A stretch of DNA of 64,000 bases from the NCBI GenBank assembly GCA_965178125.1, contig OZ237747.1, positions 186,001 to 250,000 of the forward strand, written 5' to 3'. Positions 47,601-59,682 of this stretch are shown here, piece by piece (position 1 is the stretch's first letter; each line of letters opens with the position of its first letter). Both the position numbers and the translations under genes were made by a program. The notes under the pieces are model-generated. The model did not search any database and was not told where the DNA came from. It saw nothing but the letters and a program-made list of their open reading frames with translations. This DNA comes from Bilabrum cf. latius (taxonomy: Eukaryota).

Positions 47601-50505
47601 TTCATCCGAGGCGACTATCACCATCAAGAGCCCGCAGCAGCTAGCCAGCATCATTGTCGAGACGTTCAGTGCCGTTTACCGCTATCAGCACGATGGCCAT
47701 GCTGTGCCTGATGCCATCAAGGGCGCCGTGCAGTAGATTGCGTCGCAATGCGTGAAGCAAGTGCGCGATGTTCTGCAGGACAAGATCACAACAGCGGTAC
47801 TGGCTCGCGATAGGGCGATTAAGGCCGCAAAGGAGAGGTGCAAAGAGGGACAGGGACAGGCTGCCGCCAAGGGTCAAGCTTCGAGTCTGGCTGACCGACT
47901 CCGAGGCACGCCCAGCAGTCTCATTCAAGAGGCGGTGGTGCACCTCGGCAAGGCGGATTTCCTTGTCGTCCGGCCGGAGGCCCGCCCGGTGGCGGCAGGG
48001 CGCGAAATGGACAAAGTGGGCAGCGGGCTCGCCCTGTGTGCGTATGCGCGCAACGGACGGCCAAGCGAAACGGCCGCCAGCATGGCAGACACGGTGGCCA
48101 AACATGCCAAGTACCAGCCGCCGGCGGCCAGCGGCTTGCCGGTGCGGTGCAGGCGTCGGTTCGAGGGCCCGAACGGCGAGCTAGGCTTCGCGCCGGTGAT
48201 AGCGGAGGGCAGAGGGCCGATGGATCAGGATGCTGCCAACAGCAGCGCAGGACTACGGATGGTGTGCTTTGGCCTGTGCAGTGTGCAAAGCTCCCTGTTC
48301 GCGGCTATGCTCGCGATGGATGGAGTGGAGCAAGGTGATCGCCGGCCGACGTTCGATGACTCGGCCCCGACGATGGGAGAGGAGCTAGCGGCTGCCCGTG
48401 GCGAAATTACGGTGGAGCGTGTTGTGCGTGGCGTTGGCAAGACTAGCAACGATGAAACCCCCTTGGCCGTGCGTCTGGCTAGACAGCCGGACGCGCCTCG
48501 CAGCGCGGGGTCTGCCGGCAGAACAACAGCCACCGGGAGCGGCGGGGGGCTGGACAGCGACTCCTCGGACAGCGAAGACGAGGACGAGGACGCCTCAGAG
48601 ACGGGTGCGGCGACGGGCTCCGCGGCTCCCAGCAGCAGCGCGGGGCAGTCATCCAGCGCGGCCGCAAGCAGCAACTTCGTCCTGTCCGGGGCCTCCTCTG
48701 GGCGGCCCCAGTCCACGGTAGGCGGCGGAGACAGATCTGCGACCGATGGTCGGAGCGTTGCCTCTCGCTCCCGCGCGGGCTCATCCGTCGGCACTGCGGG
48801 GTACAGCGAGAGCGCGGTGCCTCTGGGGTACGAGAAGCCGGACGCATCGGGGCCGAGCAGTGACGGCTCCGAGGACCCGCCGGGGGCTCTTCGCGTGGAT
48901 GCCAATGGGGCATCCGTGCAGAGGGCAAGGGCATTGCGCGGCAAGGCGCCTCGCAGCGCGGCCCAGCTGCGGGAGTCCGTGTCAACCGTTCGCAAGCTGA
49001 CCCGGGGAGTTCTGCCTGTTCTTACCTCTCTGCAAGCCGCCATGGCACGAGTGCTGGAGCGGGCAACTGGTGCGCACGACGAGACTTTCCTAGTGCACGC
49101 AAGCGTGCTGCTCGGGGCAATGCGCCTAGCGAGTGGCCGCAGCGTGCCTGTGCGCCCTGTGACAGCCTATAAGACGAGCGGTCTGGACGCACACGCCCGC
49201 ACTGAGCTGCAGTGTGGTGCGATCCCGTCCGAGATGGTCGACTACCTCCGCTGGGGCAAGGCGCTCGAGCCGGCGGCTTCGCGTGGTGCCGCAGAAGGCG
49301 AAGGTGCTGGTGCTTGGGGTGCTCGCACACTGCACGTGTCAGACTGCGACTCGATGCGAGTAGCACTGCTGCTCGCGGTGCTGTGTGGAAGCCCGTCTGA
49401 TCTGCTGCAGGGGCTGCTCCTGCTTGTGGTCAGTGCGAGGGGCTGTAGGGGTGCTCCAAGCATGGAGAGTCCGAGCGAAGATGGCCCCGCGAATCTCGGG
49501 ATCCAGCAGGCTGCCGCCGCCGGATGGACGAGATCCACCCTGGTGCGGTTCTGCTCGGTCCTGCTGAGCGCAGTGGGTCCTGCCCCCGATGGTGGCAATA
49601 GCTCAGCAGAGGCAGACGCCAGTGTGGCTGGCTGCGCCACAGCCATGATGGCTCGCGTGGCTGGGCTACTCACCGGTGACAACGACGCCAGGCCGCTCCC
49701 GGCGCTGGATTCGGCCTGGCTGCAGCACGCGTGCGTGCGAGCGATCGGCCACTCGAAGCAGCTGTTCTCTGGTGATGAGGGCAAGGTGTTGGTGCGTGAA
49801 GCTCGCGGGGAGACGCTGCGGGCGGCCGCGAGCGTGCTGTCGCTGCCGGGACCCCTGCGGTCTCGGTTGCTGTCATTGACCAGTGGAGACGAAGGCCGGC
49901 AAACTCTGCTGCGGGTCCCCGCTGCACTGCTTGCATGTGCCATGGCCACCCAGCCGGGCCGGCTCGGGGTCGATGGAGCTGGTGGGTCCGCCTGGCAGGC
50001 TGGTCAGGTGGCTAGCTTGTGTTCCTTGCCGAGGGCGTGCATTCCGCGCCCACTGCGGCTGGGTCTGGTGTCCCTTCCGCGCACCTACGACACTTTGTAC
50101 GCCGCGGTGCAGGAAAGGGCAGACACAGCGGGCCTGTCGCTGCCCGCGCTGTGCCTCATCACCGGTCGGGTGGTGCTGGCGGGGCGGACGGGCGGGCGGG
50201 GCAACACGTCCAGCGGGCCGTGCACGCGCTTCTCCGAGTCCAACACGAGCGGGGTGGGGATCTGGTTGGTGATCCCCAGCTCGCAGGTAGTGCTCATGCA
50301 CGGCCGTCTGGCGTGCTACTACCCGTCCGTGTACCTTGACAAGCACGGGGAGGAGGACGTGGACCTGAAGCGGGGACAGCCCCTGCACCTGAGCGAGGAC
50401 CGGCTGGCGGGGCTGGAGCGGCTGTGGATCTCGGGGGAGGTAAGGAGAGAGGTGATGAGGAGGAGGGACGCGGCCTCGCGGATCATTCTGGAGGGGTGGT
50501 ACTGA
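38689..50505 (+). CDS. UBR1/PRT6-like N-recognin E3 ligase, about 3,938 aa, apparently intronless
   Basis: One frame runs from ATG 38689 to TGA 50503-50505, interrupted only by about 17 TAGs. It contains a UBR-box (VCGYVFKDGD..DGTCIIC[Q]NCF..GGVCDIGDAEA), a ClpS-like domain (YSVVLHDDDWHTYDQV), GQWVRNG, a winged-helix-like region (LRQAFIHLLSQGP..G[Q]YSLRPECW), a RING remnant (GEFAAPLSKAVCNTAIP) and the C-terminal YPSVYLDKHGEEDVDLKRGQPLHL. Confidence 0.88.
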
Positions 50506-50947
50506 GCGCGGGCGCACCACTCGGTTTGGAAGCTGTTGCATTGTCGATAGGGGTCAAGCTACAATGGCATTGAATGCTGAACTGCATCCACAGCAATGTC
50601 CGGTGTGCCCAGGCCGTAGGCCTAGCTCCCGGAATCCGAATACCCGCGGATCGGACGAACCTAACCCGGAACTGCAGCCCCTAGATCTACAATTTCGAAG
50701 CAATCATCACACGCACCGTGACAGGTGGCAATTTCACAATTGCAGTTTGCGCGCAGTATTCTCATCACTCTTAGAAATAAAAGGATCATTTAGCGATGGC
50801 AAAAAAGCACCATGGTAATGTCCGTAAGTTCTGTGGTACGTGGTTGTATCATTCATGCAACTTTTTCTTGCTTGTGCCACGGTACTACTCGACTAGCTGC
50901 TTACTGGCACGTATCCAAGAACGCCGCCCCCTGCAGTGTCCGGGCCA

Positions 50948-53900
50948 ATGGAGTACACCAACAAGGAGCAAGGGTGGGCATACTACATGAGACCCATCTA
51001 CAAGGTTTTCAAGAAGTACACCCCGCGGAAGGGGAAGAAAGCTAAAGTCCATCGAATCACGGCAGTGGCCAAAACGGCATTCTACCGCATCAAGGAGGAT
51101 GGTACTGAGGACTTGATCCGCTGCGAACCCCATGCCAACTGTGAGATGCTTAAACGAAAGGGATACCACGAATTCGACGATGCGGTGCCTCACGACAAAC
51201 GAGCACAAGAGCCGCGTGGATGGCAAATGGGAGCTACCGAAGCGAGCCTGGCGACGGACCGAGAGAACCCTGCTGCAGAGAGGTTCTGTAGAGCATTACC
51301 CCCATCCCCTGATGATGAACAAGCTGCAGATTCACAGGGTCTGGACGTCTACGTGTGCAGGTAGGGAGCGGCTTCGCGTACAGCTGCGGCACGTGGCCCC
51401 CGAACGATCAGACGGGCGCATCAGGCCAACGCGGTTCCTCAGGCGAAGCTGGTGATGTTACCAGCTCCTTGATTTTTCGTGGTGGTATTGGCGTCGAGTC
51501 TAGCTACGGTGGATACGTAGCTGCTGGTGCCGCAGGTGGCAATTCGTCGGCAGGTGGCAATTCGTCGCTTCTCGCCGATCGAGCCCCCAGCCTAGCCCAA
51601 CAAGTGGCCGAGCTCAAGTACCAGAAGATTTACGTACCACGCAAGGGGGTGCCCTCGCTGCTGGCTCTCTCCTAGATGACTAAGCTACTCGAGAACGCGC
51701 CCAAAAACTTGGACGGCCAAGATGTTCAGAGTGATGCACGCACCGCCCTGAGGCTGTTGAAAAACCATGCGTGCTGCTGGTGGGTAATAGTTGGACCTCA
51801 TCAGAGCACTGATGAGAGACGGACCACGCCACGGCTGCATGCTGATCTAGAGATCATCTGGAACCACGGCATCAAGAGCCTCAAGAGCACAGCTCACGTC
51901 AACCTGCGCAAATGGAAAGGGCCAGTTGCCGGTGCCGCTCGTTCTGGCTTCAGCACGGCCAACTGCATCCGTATCGACGGCTAGCTGTACTTTTTGGGCA
52001 GCATTGATTTCTTCCGCACGGGCCACAAGGAAGGCACGAGAAGCGAGCCGGTTCGCGGCAAGCAGGCCTACACAGATGTGGCCAAGGAGCTCAACAGAGG
52101 AGGCATGGGCAAAGGAAAGCGGCGGAGGGCTGCGTCACGGTCGCGCGCTCTCGATCATAACGCGTGGCAGACGGTGATGGAGTAGGGACGCAAGAACAGC
52201 GAGGGACAACGGCGTGCTCGCGTACCCTCGTCTGTGCCGGATCGCCATCGCCACGACCCTGCAGAGCACCTGCGCAACCGCTGGATTGACCCGTTTATGG
52301 CGCACTCGAGGATCGAAACAATGATCAGCAGCCGGAACGTAGCCCACCGCCGCCGAGATGCGTACTACATGCACGCTGCGGTAGGCAATTGGAACCCCAG
52401 CGCAAAAAAGTTCAGGGCGCCGGAACGCGCTACGGCCGAATAGATGCTGCGATGGGCCCATGGTATGAACCTCCCTGCAGTGGCTTGCTTCAAGGCCATG
52501 GCGAGCGGAACAGAAGAGGGTCGGGCAGTCAGACCTCCCTTCTTTGTGCTGGAGCTACGTCCACCTGCCGGTGTTTTCATTCGTGACAAGAACCTCCGGC
52601 ACTGCTAGATCGTTGACGGACAGAAGGTTCAGTTCAAGCTGCAGCCGTATAAGCACCAGGAGTCATACGTGTACGAGCGGCGCGAGTCTCCTTGCGGCCG
52701 TCGGCTCTTGAGGACCAAGGTTGTTCGCAAGCATTACTGGCAAGAGGTTGCCGTCGCTCTCTCGCACGCGGTGCGGGTCCGTCTCAAGACACCGATGCCA
52801 CACGCTTTCGAAGGATTGGCAAGAGCCCTCCTGCAGCCAGAGCGCAAGCATAAGGACCGCCTCAAGCCAAAACAGAAAGCAACACCGGCCCTTGGTATAG
52901 ACTTTGTAGACGAGCGGCAGCAAAAGGCGGCCGTCTCGCTGCGGTCTGGCGCTGTGGCAAGGCAGCCTGACAGAAGTCACTAGAAACCAGGCAGTGCAGC
53001 CCAGCCAGACCGGCGGGTCGGTCCGAAGGATGTGATTGGCGTACACATCGATAACGAGGCAACCGCACTGATCGTATGCCGCACGCGTGGTGCCGTGCTC
53101 CGCGTCATGCGATACTTGCAGTGCCACTTCGACATCCCCTCCCGCGCTCGGGGGGCGCACTACCTCGTGGACACGTTCAACCCGAGCATTCGGTACGACG
53201 ACGATGGTGCGGTCGCAGTAGGTGGCGACGATGAGAAGATCATGCACTTCAGAGGCACTGACGGGGCCGACTACGCTGTGCGGTGGGAGGCCGTGACTCG
53301 TGGGGTGACGAACGCAGGTCCTCGCGTGTACCACCGTCCACCCACCGGCGAGCAAGTCATGGACGTGACGCAAGACGACTGGGATCGATTCCATGAGTGC
53401 GCGGACGAGGCAGAGGAAGCAGACGCGCCTACTAGGGTGGAAGTCGCAGGCTATGAGCAGCACGGTGCGGGTAGTCTAACGACTGGTGCATCAGCGGCTG
53501 CTGCTGTTGGGGGCAGCACGACAGCCGCCAGTAGCTCTGCTGGCGATGAAGCCGAAGGAACGAGTACCGGACCCTGCAGCGGCGCCGCAGTCCTGAAGGA
53601 GGTGCGCCGGCAAGACGACGACGAAAGCTTCTTTGCTCGGTTGGCTGTTAAGCCCCGTCCACCGCCTGCCTCTGGAGCTGGTGAGACAAGATCAGGGGCC
53701 TCAGATCCTGGTTCGGCAGACCCTGAAGCGACCTCGCTTGAGGCGGGGTCATCCGGCCGTGTGCATTCGCCTGTGGCCGGCGCAGCTGCGCTCAGCTTGT
53801 TGTGGCCAGAAGCCGAGGAGGGGCCACACAATGGCACCACAAAGAGGAAGAGGAGCAAGAAGAAGAAGAAGACCAAGGAAGACTCTGAATTTGCTCGAAT

Positions 53901-53964
53901 GCTCCTCCTTAATGTGCCGCTGAAGGACACCAGAAGGGGCGGGGCGTCTAAGCCGGATGTCTGA
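50948..53964 (+). CDS. Orphan basic protein of about 970 aa; putative exons 50948-51360 and 51465-53964
   Basis: ORFs at 51355, 51676, 51994, 52234, 52669 and 53032 share one frame and are separated only by 6 TAGs. The upstream ORF at 50948 joins in phase through a putative intron at 51361-51464 (gtaggg...accag). The C-terminal KRKRSKKKKKTK is NLS-like. Confidence 0.6.
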
Positions 53965-54153
53965 GGCTGAATGCGTGCGTGCAGGGCGGGAACAACTCGA
54001 ACTATTTTGCGCAACATGCACCTGTTCACGCGCACGATTGTCATCCAGGGGGTCTCACCGGCGTATTTAGATGCACTCTGTGTACTTGGCGCTACTAGTA
54101 ATTGTATGCGACATTCTCGATGCATAACTTAAGCCACACCCTAAAGTCCGAAG

Positions 54154-57100
54154 TCACGAGACCTACATCAAAGCGTCCGCGAGTACCTGCCGCCGCACAG
54201 GCTTGGGAAGGACCCTCTCCGCCCCACATTTCACAAAGTGCCGCTGATCTTCCAGCAGCACGTTCCCCGTCACGCCGATGATGCGCACTCCATCCAGGGC
54301 CGCGTCCCGTCTGATGGCCCGAGCGCACTCGGCCCCGCCCACCCTCGGCATGCTGAAGTCCATAAGAATCACATCACCGGGTCCAAGCGCGCGCGCCGTG
54401 GGGCTGCCCTGACCTGCGGCCTAGCCCTCGTGGCTAGTGGCGAGCAGGCCGGGTTTGCCGCGCATGCTGGTGCTGCTGCTGGCGCTGTCGGCTCGCATCT
54501 CGAGGCTCAGTTGCTGTCGGCTCCTCGACGCCCCTCTCGACGCGCCAGTGTACACCTCTCGTGATTCATCGTCCAGACCTGCAGTGGCCTGCTGCTCCAT
54601 GACTGCCACTTCGTCTCTGCTGGGCAAGTCATCCTAGCACAGCGCTGCGGCAATGAGTGGGCCAGGCACCCCCAGCAGCTCGAGAGCGCGAGCACCATCT
54701 GCTGCCTCCAACACGTGCGTCACTCCGATGCGACGCACTGCGCTAGCAATGTACTTCCTGTTGGACCGCTCGTCGTCCACGCACAAGACCCGACTGGGCA
54801 GTCTCGGAATCCCCGACCGAGAGCCGCCCGCACCTGCACTGTCCCTCGTGCTAGCATCTCGCCGCTGATTCTAGTGGCCCTTACGGCTAGCATCCCGTCT
54901 GCGCGGTCTCCTGGGCTTGCGCATGATGGCTGTGCCGCTGGACCCGACCAGAAAACTTGACTTCTTGGGTCGCTGGCTTCTCGATGGCAGTACCAGTGAT
55001 CCACTCAGTTGAGGCTGGGCGAGGAGCTCCGACCCCCGCCGAGCCATGACCAGCGGACACGGCACCCACGCCCAGAATATGCTGCCCGTGCCCTCCTCTG
55101 AGATGCAGCCGCATGCGCCACCATGCAGCTTTACGATGTTCTCTGTGATTGCAAGCCCCAAGCCGCTGCCCTTGCCCCCCTGCTGCAGATTCGCGTTGAT
55201 CTGTGAGAATTGACGGAATAGCTGACGCCGGTTGTGGTCCGCAATCCCGACACCACGATCCCACACCCAGAAGCTGAGCATCGCAACAGGGAAATCAAGA
55301 GGTAGGCCATCCCCAGTTTGCCCGCGCTCGCTGGCCAGATCGAAAAAGCGGGTGTCGTCGAAAACCTTTGCGGTTGCGGACCTGCCATTCCCTTCCGGTG
55401 CAATGCCGCCCTCCTCGTCCTCCGCGGACAGACCTCGTCCCCTGGATCGAAGCGATGACTGCGAATCTAGAAATTTTCCGTCAAAGCTTCCCTAGCCCAG
55501 CCGCATGACCCTGTTGCTCCGCAGCGACGATCCAACAAAGCTGCGGCCAGACGCCTGGGACCTGATCGTGCCCCGGCTCCCGCTTCGATCGGAGCCCTGA
55601 AGGCCCATCCAGATGTCCACCAGCTCGCGCACGTGCCCACGAGTCTGAGGCGATGCGCTCTCTTCGAGGTCACGCCGCACTTTCTGCAGTATCGCCTCTC
55701 TGGGCACGTGCCACGACGCAGTACGTCTGCGGTTCTCGCTGTAGGTGGAGGACAGCGACCGAGCAGGTAGCTCCGGCGAGTACACCGCTCGAGGCAGGAT
55801 GCTGCTGATGGATCCCGCAGCCCGCGTATTCGTGCGCTGCACGAACCCAATCTAGCTACCAGAGATCAAGTCGCTGTGAGCAAAAGGGGCAGACCCAAGC
55901 GCAAACATCATGCTCTTTAACTCAGCAGCTCTGCGCCGCGACAGCACACCAGTCTCTCTCGCGACATCGGCATCCCACATCACAGGGGGCGTATCCGATG
56001 TTCCGATCACAATCTAGCACTCTGGGATTGCTGAAGGATCCGAAGGTGATCTGGTTGCAGTTACTGCGTCACTTGCGCAGCTCGCTGCCGACACCGCGCG
56101 CAAGCGGCCCGATTCGGCCGCACGCAGCATCGGCTGGCAATCGTCCCCGCTAGCTTCACTGCCCTGCGATCCCTAGGCTCTAAGGGAAAACTTGACCGCG
56201 TTGGAGATAAAGTTTGCGGTGCACTGCTGCAGCCGCGGCAGGTCGCACAGGTACTTTGGACGATGTGGCGATCCGAAACGACCATCGTCCGAGTGACCAG
56301 CCAACGAGTTTTCGATCGCTGCAGCACCTCTGCTCTAGTCGGACTCCCATGGTGCTTGCTTCTGTGCGGATCGGACCGGCGTTGAGTATTCCTGCTCATT
56401 CCTGGGCATAGTTGTGTCCGCTGGCTGTGTCTTGCTCGGGCTTGCAAGCGCCCGCTGGCTTGCAGCACCGTGTCGCTGCATAGGACCAGAGGACTCTCGC
56501 CGGTGCAGCTCGCTGGACTGCGTGTCCTGGTCTGTCCATCCCTCCAGGGACACTCGGTTGACCCCTGCCACGGTTCGAAACGACCCCACGGCTGTCGTCA
56601 AAAGCATGCGAGACGCGTCGCAGGGCCGGTGCCGCAGCTTCACGGCGTCCCCGCTTGACTCTTCCAGAGACACAGTATCTCGGAGCACGGCCACAATCGA
56701 CTCGGCGGACTGCATCATCGTGGGGGCGAGCTCGTCTTTGAGCGAGTGGATGTGGGATCGAAGCTCCCGGGGCAAGGCCAAAGCAGATTTGGCGTGGGCT
56801 GAAGCTGCTGCTGACCGTGTGGCTGAGTTTGCACGGGCTCGCAGCACATCGCGCGCCGCGTCTTCGGCCGCCTCAATGCTCATGGAGGCTGCATTCAAAG
56901 GCGATAGCGTGTCGTGCAGCATGAGTCTAAGCACGTTCGACAGGTCCCTCCGCTTCGCCTCAGCCCCGTCGACTCCCAACCGCAGATGGGCAACCCGGAC
57001 CGCGAACGAGAGCACCACGGTCAGTGTGATCAGCTGAACGAGGCAGGCTGCACACTCCAACACAGCAAGAATGCCTATTTTTTGCTCGACGTTTCTTGTT

Positions 57101-59203
57101 TCTCGATCCATGATGCTTCCATTGGAGGCCTCATTATCCACAGCAAGAGACCACAGGAGCACAGCGAGCTGCACGAACCCCCGCGCTGTGAGCGCTTGTC
57201 TTTCAAAGGTGAGGGCACCCTCATCTCCGGTGACCGCCTGCACGTCCAAACTCCACATCTAGAGCATCGTCTCGTTCTGGAGGCTTGCCACCAGGCCTTC
57301 GATCTCCGCCGGGGTGGCTCGATCTAACACACGACCGGCCACCACGGCGGACAGCATGGCATTCCTCGCGTGCTCTGGGCAGGAGATGTGCATCGGGCCG
57401 ATGGAGAAGTAGTATGTGCTTTCAATGATAGCCCACGCGAGGAGCAGCACCTTCAGTCCTATGAATGTCCGTACCTTTGCCTCGACGATCTGCTTCACCG
57501 CAATCACTTGCGGCGAGTGAGGAAGCGCCGAGCCTGCATGCTTGGTCTATCCAGCCTACTCCGAGCTGGCGATCCACGGATCAGCCTGGCCCATCGAGTC
57601 CCATTTGCTAGGTTTTTGGCTCATAGCTACTGATTCCTGCTGCCTGGGCTCATCGTAGCCTGATGAAGCGTCACTGGCGGATTCAGTAAGGGAGGAGCCA
57701 ATGCTCCCTGCGCTCACCAAATTCATCCTGCTGAGGTGCATGTCGGAGCCACGAGCCCCCACCCTCATCCGGCGAAGAATACCAACGACTGCACCTTTTG
57801 GCTACGATGCGGCATTGCTAGCTTCGCCGGATCCAGAAGAGCAGCAGCCCTTCGCCAAGTATTGCCACCCAAAGAGGCAACCATCCCGGTAGCACTGCCT
57901 GACTAAAGACGCATGGCAGCGCTCATCAATGCATGATCGATCCTCTCCGGTGTAAACATGCCTGTCACCAACCCTTGCTATCAAGAAGAGCATGGTTACG
58001 CCAGCAAGGACGTACGTTGCGAGCGTCGATGCGAGCGCCGCCGGGAATTTGTATTCATCCTCGGCCTGCTAAATTGCTCGAACATCATGTACCTGCCAGC
58101 CTGCATAGTGTCTCAGGGGCTCAATGCCGTGTGGTAGTTGACTGCGCCAAAGATTAACATCTTGCCGGTCCATGAATTCGGATGCCAGAGGCAGAATGCA
58201 TGCAGCGGAGGGTACAGCACTCTTATGCAACAGCTCCTACAGACCAAGGAGCTTTGAAACTATAATTGAGGCCCTAGTTTGCTCTATGGATGTGAATACC
58301 TGCGTAAACATGATCGCCGATACTGCTGCAAACTGGATGGTGGGCAACACTACGCTGGTCTCCCCGGCAAGGGCCCAAACCAGCATGGATATCGAAAATC
58401 TCCTGCGGAGGAAAATATGCACCAAGAACCTCGTTCGACGCTGCAGGCGGGGTGTTCATGCTATTACGGCAAGATGGCAGCACTTCCTCTCACGTTGAGA
58501 CACCCTCCAATATCTGTCGATATGGAACGTAGAACTACACATCCTTTGATTGCCAAGAAGGATCATCAAAAACAAACACTGATGTGCGGAACGCATCTAA
58601 AGGAGCGATAAACTAGCCGTCACCGCCCGAAATAGAAAGCACTCGAAGGACGACACCGGCTACAACCACGATCATCACGTGTGAAGCAATCCTCTGCACT
58701 TGCGCAGATCTTGAAGCAACAGTCGAAAACACCATGGAGCACGGACCAAGCGCGCCGACTATTCCTAAGAGCCCCGAACCGAGCCAAATAGACACTGCCG
58801 AGACGCTGTAGCCCGCGTATTCCGCGGCTGCAGGCTGTATCTCTAGGGGAGCCTTGACGATTGAACTCGTTGTCGGTACAGCATATGATAAATCCTGATG
58901 CACATTAATCCTACTATCGATTTCACGGATGTACGCTGTCGAGTTGCACCGGCCGTCCAGCGCGTCGATCACAGTGCACCATTTCGCGGAATCTGTCGAC
59001 TGCCTGTCCCCACTCCTGCTGAGATGGACACCAGAGGGCCCTAAACGCATGAAACCAATGCATAATTGCACGAAGAATGCTAGCAATAGCACCACGATGG
59101 AGTATATTCTCAGCAAGGTCCATTGCGCGTGCTTGCCTGTATTGCAGCGGCAGCTCCAGGCAGCGGCAAGCGCAGACATGACGATATAGATATCAAGAAT
59201 CAA
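54154..59203 (-). CDS. Membrane-bound hybrid histidine kinase (TM region, HisKA, HATPase_c, receiver); 5' end unresolved
   Basis: H-box LRLMLHDTLSPLNAA, N-box DLPRLQQCTANFISNAVKFS, G1 WVWDRGVGI, G2 GSGLGLAITENIVKLHGG, and receiver LCVDDERSNR..ILMDFSMPRVGGAE..IIGVTGN..LPKP. Intron at 58403-58493 (gtgaga...cgcag). About 17 TAGs. TGA at 54154-54156. Confidence 0.88.
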
Positions 59204-59682
59204 TAATATTGGATCCGAGTGGCTACACGTACAAGAAGCGGCTCCATACAGTACGGATCACCCCAACTTGAGGGCTGAAGCTTTGCTCATCAATCAAATG
59301 GACCCGCCGTAGTATCTGCGTTGATAATAAAGCGAAGTAAATGGACCATGAAAATAATTGGATGATTCTTCACCTTATCTATACAAGATATGATTTCTAG
59401 GGACAACGTAGCGCTGCACAAAGCAACCGACACCTCAATAAAGTATGAGATGAGACGAACCATTCATGTCCATGTCTATCCGTGCCTACCTCACGAAGCC
59501 CTCGGGAGTACTGCAGCGTTAATTGGACGCTAAAATTCTCGACAGGTGCTCACGTACGACGCCAGATGGTCGAACAATGCGTGCAATACGTGCCTACGAA
59601 GGATTCACCCACATCATGATCCCAATCGTTCTTATCTTCATTTTCACAATTTGTAGATCTTTCTAGACTACACAAGCACGCA

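Noticed and set aside
51310-51318. TGA-TGA-TGA run as possible selenocysteine or UGA recoding
   Set aside because: It is out of frame. The coding frame reads CCT GAT GAT GAA (PDDE).
54154-57000. Bacterial contamination suggested by the two-component kinase, CysK and MetX
   Set aside because: These genes use the same TAG=Gln code, the kinase and CysK carry spliceosomal introns, and they are interleaved with RPS8, UBA2 and UBR genes.
57000-59203. Rhodopsin-histidine kinase fusion
   Set aside because: There is no helix-7 DxxxK retinal-binding motif or RYxxW motif in the TM region.
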